NCBI GenBank assembly: GCA_020184695.1
Contig: JAANOX010000168.1
Location: 1-42,080 of the forward strand
Source of the DNA: Histomonas meleagridis 2922-C6/04-290x
Lineage: Eukaryota; Protista; Parabasalia
Length of the DNA stretch: 42,080 nucleotides
Direction of reading: 5' to 3'
Both the position numbers and the translations under genes were made by a program. This document shows, in pieces, positions 33,213 through 42,080 of this stretch (position 1 is its first letter; every line of letters starts with the position of its first letter). The notes beneath the pieces were generated by a model, which worked only from the letters and a program-made list of their open reading frames with translations, was not told the DNA's origin and searched no databases.

Positions 33213-34241
33213 TTGCTTATTGTAAAATTAACCGAAATTCGCATTGAATACTGTCCTGACCAAAAAACCGTTTCTACATTCCCAAAGATTTGAAATTTGC
33301 TTTTTCATGTCTTTCATTCGTCTAAAAATATCAATTTCAGTATTTTATGGTAATATAACAAAAACAAGAATTTCTTTTAACACATATTCATAAAAACAAT
33401 CTACTTTAAACAGTTTGGAATAACGCAACCAAAATAAATATTTATTAATAAATTAATATTTATTCATTCTAAATAAAACAGTTATTACTTCAACTTCAAA
33501 AAAAGCACAAAATATATAAAATATTTTTCTATTTATTGACTAATAGAAAACAAATATTAAAAACATTTTTTCTATGCTATTTAAATTCAAACATTTAATA
33601 CATTTTATTTATAAAATTATATTCATTAAAATCCTTTGCAAATGTGTCTTCTACTTCGTGTGAAATGTTTGTTCCGACTGAAAAATTATTAACAATTTCG
33701 ATTTCTTTGTTTTTGTTATAATTTCGATGACGAATTAGCATGATAACAAGTGTAATTAAAACAACTACAATGATAATAGTGTTTGTTTTGTTGTTATTAT
33801 TGTTATCGATTTTGAAATAATATTTTGTGTGATATGAGTAATTTGTTGTGTATTGAGCAATTGTATATGTGTGTAAAAATATTTCGATATTAAATGTGTC
33901 AATGAATATGTGCTAGTTGAAAATAAATTACAAATTACAAACGTTTCCGCAATAATAAAATCATAAGTCAAAGAAATGGAATATGTTAAATTTACTTTAA
34001 CAAAAAAAAGCATCTCAATATTTATCTAATGATATTTATAAAAATATAGTTAAATTAATTTCTAAATATAAATGAAAAAGAACAAAGCTAAAAACATCAT
34101 GCTACATATTTGTCGTTTCCAATAGGTAACTAAATTGTTATCTTCATGAATCCAAACAAAATTGATTTATATACAAATTCTTGTTAATGACAGTAAAACT
34201 CAATAAACAGTTCAAAAGTAATAAATTTTATTTATATTATA

Positions 34242-35507
34242 TTAAACAAATTGGTATTCCCAAACACAAACAGTTCCATCGCCTGTACAAGAAGCAAACC
34301 TTTTATCACAAGGGCAATGTGTTAATTCAAACACTGAATTCGCGCACATCAAAATTGTCACAATTGGTTTTTCCTTATTATTCAAATTCCAGATTTTGAT
34401 TGTCTGATCCTTCGCGCCCGTAATAAATATCGGACTATCCCTACCTGCGGAGCAACATGATAGTACCCAATCTGTATGAGAGTAATACTCTCCTTGGCAT
34501 TTGATACCGTTATTAACCGCCCAAATTTTCAATGATTTATCCTGAGAAACCGTCGCAAAACCATTGATATTTTGAGAGGAATTCAGAATAAAACCGTTGT
34601 GATAAATTTTTGTAAATTCTTTCTGCGTTATGTCCAAAACATTAAACTTTCCAACAATCCCATACATGTAGATTGCATAGATATAGGCCCCATTATCAGA
34701 AAGAACTAATGATACGATGTTCGTTCGTGCATCATTTAAGTCTGTGTTATCTGTTGTTGAAATGCTTTGCGATAATGAGCGTTCTGATATGTTCCATTTA
34801 CATAATTTACCACTAGAATCACATGAAAATAAAAACTGTGAGTCAGGTGAAAATAATAGGCGATTTATCTCGCTGGCGTGCTCTTTAAGCTCTGTATATA
34901 AAGCTCCATTTTCAATTGTGAAAATGAAAATACTGTTGTTGGATGATGTAACGGCAATAAATGATTCATTAGGTGAAAATCTAAGACATTTCGTTGGAAT
35001 ATTTTGTACTTCTTGTGGAATTAAAATCTGATTAAATATGGTAAAATCAGATGAGAAAATAATATATATTGTTTTACCATCTGCAAAAGAAATAAGTTTC
35101 CCGCTTGGTGAATATTGAATTGTACAAATTGGGTTATCAAACTTTTTTGAAAAAATTAAAGAAACAGAATTGTTCTTTGGAATGAGTTCATAATCAAGTG
35201 GATTTTGAACATTTATGTCTGCTTGAATTGGTGCTGTTTTTAGTTTTTGCTCAAAGAAGTTGAGATTATTTGATCTTTCCATAAAACAATGAAGTCTGTG
35301 ATATGAGTCATATAATAATTCATAGTCATTTTTAAATTGCACCATATGTATTATGGACAAATTTTTTAATTGCTCTAATTCTTTACAATCTGTTTTTAAA
35401 GCACATATATTTTTAATAAAATCATCAACGCCATTCATTAGCTTTTTTGAAGGGTTTTCTACATTCGACTTTCCAAACTCTTCTTGGATTGCTCTTATTT
35501 GAGCCAT
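34242..35507 (-). CDS. WD40-repeat protein with an N-terminal coiled coil (Tup1-like architecture)
   Basis: WD40 blades such as HTDWVLSC..FITGAKDQTIKIWN and RFASCTGDGTVCVW. Confidence 0.85.
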   Translation of the reverse strand: MAQIRAIQEEFGKSNVENPSKKLMNGVDDFIKNICALKTDCKELEQLKNLSIIHMVQFKNDYELLYDSYHRLHCFMERSNNLNFFEQKLKTAPIQADINVQNPLDYELIPKNNSVSLIFSKKFDNPICTIQYSPSGKLISFADGKTIYIIFSSDFTIFNQILIPQEVQNIPTKCLRFSPNESFIAVTSSNNSIFIFTIENGALYTELKEHASEINRLLFSPDSQFLFSCDSSGKLCKWNISERSLSQSISTTDNTDLNDARTNIVSLVLSDNGAYIYAIYMYGIVGKFNVLDITQKEFTKIYHNGFILNSSQNINGFATVSQDKSLKIWAVNNGIKCQGEYYSHTDWVLSCCSAGRDSPIFITGAKDQTIKIWNLNNKEKPIVTILMCANSVFELTHCPCDKRFASCTGDGTVCVWEYQFV

Positions 35508-36013
35508 CGCCCTTTGGGTTGATAAGGCACTTTTTGATTATGTACTCAAAAATCCTGAAGCATCAGGAGTATTCAATTTTCCAACACACATATTCAATTA
35601 TTTCTATGATATCATTTGGTATTGGTTTCTTTTTGAACATTCATTATGCGGTTTTGCATTCAAAAGTGTTTCTGATTTTTCATAGCCAGGTGGTGGTAAA
35701 AAACAGTCGCTAACAATGACCGTTTATCCGGTGTGAATTTTTTCACGACCATGTCCCAACTTAAAAATCGGAATATATCATTTATTATGTAATATTTTTC
35801 TTAAATATTTGCTATTAAAGCAGGATGTGTAATTATTTTATTTAATTTCTTATAAATCAACTAAAAACGTCATTTTTTCCTAAAAATGAATCAACGCAGC
35901 CAAACCACAAAAACGATAAAACGTTTTATTCAATTTTTTGATAGAAAATCAACACCATTTTGAATCGACCTGGATTTTGGCTGTCCAATTCATCTTTTCG
36001 ACAAAGGAAAGAA

Positions 36014-37075
36014 ATGAAATGGAGCATCCCCTCTATTATTTGCTTCATTGTAAGCTCTATTCTTTACGGTGCATCATATGCAGGTGTTTCCCAAGCTCTT
36101 AAAGATTTTACAGCAGGAGTTTTTCAAACATTTAGAATGTTATTTGGTCTTATCTTCATGGTCGGGGTTTGCATTATCATGGCGCTATGTGACAAAAACT
36201 ATAAGCAAGTTGCCATAGCACACTTTCATAGTGGAATTGTTCCAATATTATGGTTATGCTTTGGTGGTTTACTAAACCTTGGTATACCACATTGTTTGAC
36301 AGCCATTGCACAAGAGTTCGTTGCATCTTCAATTGTCCAAATCATGCAACCATTTGTACCAATTTTTGGTTCAATTTTATCCATATTTATATTACCAGAA
36401 GAAAAGTTTACATGCCAAAAGATTATTGCATTTATTCTTGCTTTAGTTGGTGTTGGTGTTTCTGCGGTTCCAAACTTTCTCAATCTCGGAAGTACGAGTG
36501 CCAAAGATATGGCCATTGGATATATCCTCACCCTCATTGCGATGTTTTCTTTCGGTGCAGCTCCAGTCCTTTTCAAAGTCAAGACTCCAAACGTTGATCC
36601 TGGCATCAGCAGCTCCATTCAACTTTTAGCATCAACAATTTTTGAATTGATATTTGGTCTCATCAAGGATGGCCCTAAGAACTTTGCGAAGAACGTTCGC
36701 CAAGCGCCTGCCAAAGCATGGATGTGGCCGATTCTCATTGGCTTTCTTGTATCCGGCGTTGCTGTTTATGGATTAATGTACATTTGTAAAAATGTCGGAG
36801 CATTTGCTGCAAATCTTGTACCATTTGGGCAAATGATTGTTGGTGTTATTGTTGGCGTCGCTATCATGGGCGATTGGAATGGTTATGCTGCTTGGGAAAT
36901 TGTAATTTCGGTGATTGGAGTTCTTCTTCTTTGTGGTTCATTAGCGGTTTCATTGTTCGAAAAGAAGCCAGCAACAAAACCTATAGAAGAAGAGGAAGAG
37001 GAAGCACACGAAATGAGTGACGAGGATGACCACTCGTACGATACTCATGAGGTACATCAAGTGGCCGAACTTTGA
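36014..37075 (+). CDS. EamA/DMT-family drug/metabolite transporter
   Basis: About 10 TM segments with two EamA-like halves (FRMLFG, SSIVQIMQPFVPIF, LPEEKFT..KIIAFILALVGV) and an acidic tail. First ATG is at 36014. Confidence 0.85.
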   Translation: MKWSIPSIICFIVSSILYGASYAGVSQALKDFTAGVFQTFRMLFGLIFMVGVCIIMALCDKNYKQVAIAHFHSGIVPILWLCFGGLLNLGIPHCLTAIAQEFVASSIVQIMQPFVPIFGSILSIFILPEEKFTCQKIIAFILALVGVGVSAVPNFLNLGSTSAKDMAIGYILTLIAMFSFGAAPVLFKVKTPNVDPGISSSIQLLASTIFELIFGLIKDGPKNFAKNVRQAPAKAWMWPILIGFLVSGVAVYGLMYICKNVGAFAANLVPFGQMIVGVIVGVAIMGDWNGYAAWEIVISVIGVLLLCGSLAVSLFEKKPATKPIEEEEEEAHEMSDEDDHSYDTHEVHQVAEL

Positions 37076-37444
37076 ATTTTTGGATTAATAAAAATAGTAA
37101 AATTTTTGATGAATAAACATATGTACATAGAGAAACTACAAATTTTCACACAAATGATATCGAAATAAGAAAACTTTAAACATTTTCCTAATTTGAATAC
37201 TTATAAAAGAATAAGTTATGTACAATTCTTCTAGCAGTTTATATAAATCATTTTCATTATATTTGTATAATTATATCAATTTGTTTGTGTCATTATAAAA
37301 GAATATACTCATGTTTACATATGTATAATTACATTACTAATATTGATGGTTTGATTAAGTGTCTTATCCTCAATTAAGATGATACTTATGTATACATACA
37401 ACAAAAGTTAAGCACTTTATTAAGTAAATAAAATCGTTTTTACT

Positions 37445-37981
37445 TTAGTAGTTAGATGAGAATTCCCATGTTCCCAAAAGTTTTTCATAGCAAAAGCTCA
37501 AACAAAGAGGCTTACCAAGCTTGTCATCGTCCTTGTTACTCATAGTTACTTTATAACCAAACTGTAAAAGAGCACCAGAAAAAACTCCAGAAATAAAATG
37601 TGCATATGCTTTAATCCAAAAATCATCCTGCTGTGTTTGCTTCCCAGGTACAACAAGTGAATCAAACCAAGATGGTAACTTATCTGTAAATTGAAGTTGA
37701 AAAGTTTTATCTGTTGAATTGAAAATAAGTTTAGCTTGAATTCCAAATACAGTCTGGGAAAATTTTGTTGCAACATACTTACAGGCGTCTTCAGCAGTGT
37801 CATAGTCGAGTCCTGTTCGACATAATTGCGCTATTAAAGCAAATCCTGGTTTCTTTCCAAAATTAAAAATTTGATTAAAAATATGTTTGTCTCTATCTGC
37901 CAGACCTTCGTATCTATTCATTAACTCACGTATCGCTTCTGTTACAAGTAATTGTGGAATTGGGTTTTTTTCTTCGCGCAT
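37445..37981 (-). CDS. TRS33: TRAPP complex subunit Trs33/TRAPPC6-like
   Basis: FGKKPGFALIAQL, DACKYVATKFSQTVFG and YAHFISGVFSGALLQFG match the Bet3/Trs33 fold pattern (G..vG..l.e; .kf+Ck.fW..vf; f.cG++rGaL..lG). Confidence 0.65.
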   Translation of the reverse strand: MREEKNPIPQLLVTEAIRELMNRYEGLADRDKHIFNQIFNFGKKPGFALIAQLCRTGLDYDTAEDACKYVATKFSQTVFGIQAKLIFNSTDKTFQLQFTDKLPSWFDSLVVPGKQTQQDDFWIKAYAHFISGVFSGALLQFGYKVTMSNKDDDKLGKPLCLSFCYEKLLGTWEFSSNY

Positions 37982-38091
37982 ATAAAAAGTGCCAAAACAA
38001 GAAGGAAAAATTCGATTTAATTCCGAGGAAACTTACCCTTTTTAATAGAGTTTTTACTAACTTATTGAAACTTAGTTTAATTTCTTTTAAA

Positions 38092-38422
<331 letters not shown>

Positions 38423-38441
38423 CATTTACCTTAATCAATAC

Positions 38442-40146
38442 TTAATGCTGCTTATTTTTTGCATTAATATCAATTCCTTCTTGTTCAAGAAGTAATTTAA
38501 CCATTTCTATTCTATTTTTTATAGATGCATACATAAGTGCTGTTTTAAATAATTTAAATAATTTCCAAATATTATTTTGAAATATCAAATTATTAAAATC
38601 AATTTTAAATAAAACAAATAAATATCTTTGGCATTAATATCAATTCCTTCTTGTTCAAGAAGTAATTTAACTATTTCTGTATGACCATTTAAAGATGCTT
38701 CTATAAGTGCTGTCCAAAATATTTTGAATAATTTCCAAATATTATTTTGAAATCTGAAATTATTAAAATAAAATTCAAATAAAACAAATTAATAAAATCT
38801 TTAGCATTAATATCAATTCCTTTTTGTTCAAGAAGTAATTCAACTATTTCTATATTATCATTTTGTGATGCTATTATAAGTGCTGTTTCAAATATTTTAA
38901 ATTATTTCCAAATATTATTTTGAAATATAAAATTATTAAAATAAATTTTATCTATAGCATTAATATTAATTCCTTTTTGTTCAAGAATTGATTTAACTAC
39001 TTCTATATTTTCTGATTTTGATGAATAAACAATGATATTATTTGGTATTGCATATTCTTTCAGAAAATGTTTTGCAATATATAAGTTGCCAATTTTTGCT
39101 GATCTATTAATAATATTTTCGGATATTTTCATTCCATTTTCGCGTAAAAATATTAAAATTTCATCATTATAATATGAAACACAAAATTTTCCTAATTTTT
39201 CTATATTATTAATTTCAACAATTTTATTTTCATAAAGATATTTAAAAATATCATTTCGATGAAACATAATTGCTGTTTCATATGAACCAAAAAATGTTGA
39301 ATGATTTTGTTCACATAAATGAATGATTTCTTCATTTCCACCTGCAACTGCATAGTTACCTGTATTATCTATTTTAGAACCATTCATAAGTAAATATTTA
39401 AAACATTTCACTGATCCAAAAAATGCTGCATAATCAATTAATGTAACTTCTTCTTGATTAATAAATGAACATCTTTCATAGAATGATGGTTTAATTGTTT
39501 GATTAAAATCAAATTTTGATTGTGATGATATTTCTTGAAGTTTTTCTATTTCGTCATTACGAATTATCTTTGCAATTTCATTTGGATTTGTTCCTTCTTT
39601 AATTAATTTCTTATGAAGTTCAAAATCATTTTTTGATAGTTCTTCATAATTATCTATTATTTGATTTAACTTTCCTTCTTTAATTAACATTTGTCTTTTT
39701 TGTTCTGACATATAATGTATAAAATATGGATTCTTTTTACATTTAAAGTTTTTTAACTCAAGCATATTGTTTCTTATCATATTTTCAAGAATAAAATATG
39801 ATTCATGTGCACGTATATTAAGAAGATAATTTAAAAACACATCAAAAAAATTATTTTTGTTTTCATCATCAAGTTTTTTTAATTCCTTAATAAAATGAAA
39901 ATATATATCATAATTATTTATATTTATAACAAATAATATATATATCATTTGACTGATAACCCTTCTGAAAGTTACTGGATAAATATTAGAATATTCATTA
40001 AAAATAAAACTTGCTGATTTTTCAATATTTTCTTTATTTAAGTTAAAAATTGTTTTATTAATTGATAGAAATATATCCCACTCATTTGGCACTGAGTTTT
40101 GATTTAAATTTTTTTCCTCAGATGACACAGAATGTTGTGTGCTCAT
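38442..40146 (-). CDS. DUF3447-like plus ankyrin-repeat protein, 505 aa after removal of eleven 17-nt spacers
   Basis: ORF 38902-40146 (TLIDYAAFFGSVKCFKYL, AVAGGNEEIIHLCEQ, AIMFHRNDIFKYL) stops inside a spacer. Linkers of 63, 83 and 80 nt parse as 3+4+4 spacers. 1705 - 187 = 1518 nt = 506 codons, ending INAKNKQH* at 38442-38444. Confidence 0.82.
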
Positions 40147-40268
40147 CCAAACAAATGTGTTTATAGAATAACCCTTATTTTAAATAGATTATGAAAAAGT
40201 TTAGAAAGTTTCTCTGAAATCATTTCTGTTAACGCCGGTTATTTTCCATTGAATTTTTGTCGACCAAA

Positions 40269-41162
40269 ATGTCTGATTCTTCGAGCGAAGATGACAGCGC
40301 TCATGAATTATCAATTGAAGCCGATCGTGCAATCAACGTTGCTTTGATGAAGGCAATAACAGGAAATGCTAAAGATGATGAAGTATCAGTCGAAAGTGAA
40401 TTGAAAGAAGGAGACAAAGAAAAATTGACCAAAGAAAATAAAGATGCATTAGAAAAAATTTCTGCTGCAGATCCACAAGATGAGACAGATAAATTTTTAT
40501 CAAAATTTTTCAGCGAGCGCAAATGGGAAGGTAAAGGAAACGCAGAAACTGACGAGGTTAGTCCAGATGAAGATCTTGAAGATATAGATTCTGGTCTTGA
40601 ATTTGAAAAAAGATATAATTTTCGTCATGAGCAAAAAGGTTTTAGCTTAATTCAAAGTAACCCACGACGTGTAGAAGGTGAAGAACGTAACACAGAAACA
40701 GCACGTAAACGAAAGCGTCGTCGTGAAGCAGAAGAAAGTGCTAAAGAGCGTGAAGCATTAGAACAACAACTTGATGAAATTGACAAAAAGTATGCGAAAC
40801 TTGCCGAAGAAAATGGAGGACATCTTACAAGTGAACAACTTTCAGCTTATGCCGATGAGACATCGAAGATATATCTTATTCAACAGAAAGGAGCATTTCC
40901 ATATGTCGAAGTAGAAGCTGACGGAAGTATCGAGAAATCACTCAAAATCCTCAACGATGAAGACACAGAAAATAAAGAAGGCGGAGACGAAGAACCACCA
41001 AATCCCAAAAATAAGAAGGACAAAAAGCCAAACATCAGAGGGAAAGGAAATCACCCAATGCGAGGCGGAAGAAGAATCAGAGGTGGATTCCGAGGTGGAC
41101 ACAACAAAAGCGGCGTCTCTGAATCAAGACTTAACACATACTTTGCTCACAGACATAATTGA
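40269..41162 (+). CDS. KRI1: Kri1-like 40S ribosome biogenesis protein
   Basis: DKFLSKFFSERKW and FEKRYNFRHEQKG...SNPRRVEGEER match Kri1 (FE..YNFRfeE...+.tyPR.v..s.R). ATG at 40269. Confidence 0.8.
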   Translation: MSDSSSEDDSAHELSIEADRAINVALMKAITGNAKDDEVSVESELKEGDKEKLTKENKDALEKISAADPQDETDKFLSKFFSERKWEGKGNAETDEVSPDEDLEDIDSGLEFEKRYNFRHEQKGFSLIQSNPRRVEGEERNTETARKRKRRREAEESAKEREALEQQLDEIDKKYAKLAEENGGHLTSEQLSAYADETSKIYLIQQKGAFPYVEVEADGSIEKSLKILNDEDTENKEGGDEEPPNPKNKKDKKPNIRGKGNHPMRGGRRIRGGFRGGHNKSGVSESRLNTYFAHRHN

Positions 41163-42080
41163 TAGTGAGTTATTTAAAATAAAAAATATTAATCACTTAA
41201 GCTTTGTGAATATCTTTTAAAGAATTTTTTTTATCTGATTAGATAAATATCTCTTGCAAATATCAAAAGAATAAATTCAATTTGATTCTAAACAAGATTC
41301 GCGTGGCGTGGCGTGGGAAGCGTAACAAACCAACAAATTATTTAAAAATAATGTTAAAGTAAAAAAAATACTATTTAATAACTTACATATAAATATTCTG
41401 AAAATTGTATGAATTTTATAATTAAAAAATTTAAAGAATCACAAAATAACTTTTAATTTTAATAAAACAAAATATCAAAATGAATTATAATTTTTCACTT
41501 ATTCAAAAGTATTTTCACCATTTTTATATATAATAGACTCATTGAGATATAGATATAAAATCATAAAAAAGATAAGAGTATAATAGATAAATATTGGGCG
41601 TGAGAAAATTAATTATTTAGTTAATTTCAAAGAAACGCATGATCATATATTATCAAAATATAGATGTCTTAATCTAAAATAAAATGAATTTATATATAAA
41701 AATGAGTGTAAATTTTATAATTTTAAAATCATAAAAGAAAATATCAAAAACATGATGTGAGCGGGTTTTGATTCTAAATAAAGTTTACATAAAAATCATT
41801 TAACAATTTAAGAATTTAGCAGTTCGAATCGTTCTTAAATTGCGTCATAATATCCAATTAGTTATTAACTATAAAATATCATTATTTGGAATTTCAATGG
41901 TATTTCAGCATTAGAAGTTCCAATTTTGATTTGTTGATGCATTTTTCTATTATAAGAAACACAAAATTTGTAATCATTTAAACAAATGGCTGTTCTCAGG
42001 ATCCAGAATGAATGGCATGCAATTCGGATACCCATAATGCTCCCAACAAACGCCTGTCTTTGATAACATTTTTGTGGGGC

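Noticed and set aside
41850-42080. Possible gene fragment at the right edge, minus strand
   Set aside because: Short open frames with no recognisable motif; cannot assign a frame or product.

Overview
AT-rich eukaryotic DNA, most likely from a parabasalid (Trichomonas/Tritrichomonas-like; inferred from DUF3447-type ankyrin genes, BspA/TpLRR genes and intronless housekeeping genes). The left end holds mobile-element debris: a frameshifted HNH endonuclease flanked by inverted repeats and a DDE transposase fragment. The rest carries housekeeping genes (Rab, ChAPs, Med12-like, HEAT, importin-beta-like, CID, WD40, EamA, Trs33, Kri1), two probable bacterial acquisitions (GH13 amylase, SMI1/KNR4) and BspA paralogues. 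The main discovery concerns three ankyrin-repeat genes (5773-8774, 10313-11661, 38442-40146, all minus strand) and one remnant (9230-9480, plus strand). They look broken, but their inter-repeat linkers are built from 17-nt T-rich spacers alternating with single codons, e.g. GAT [17] AAA [17] GAT [17] GGA [17] AAT ACA GCA CTT = D-K-D-G-N-T-A-L. Removing about 70 such spacers, which lack GT-AG ends, restores the ankyrin consensus D-x-x-G-x-T and, for the 10.3-kb and 38.4-kb genes, a full reading frame. This points to an unrecognised processing or decoding system (non-canonical 17-nt introns with 3-nt micro-exons, deletion editing or ribosome hopping). The pattern is read directly from the DNA; the mechanism, expression and novelty are unverified.
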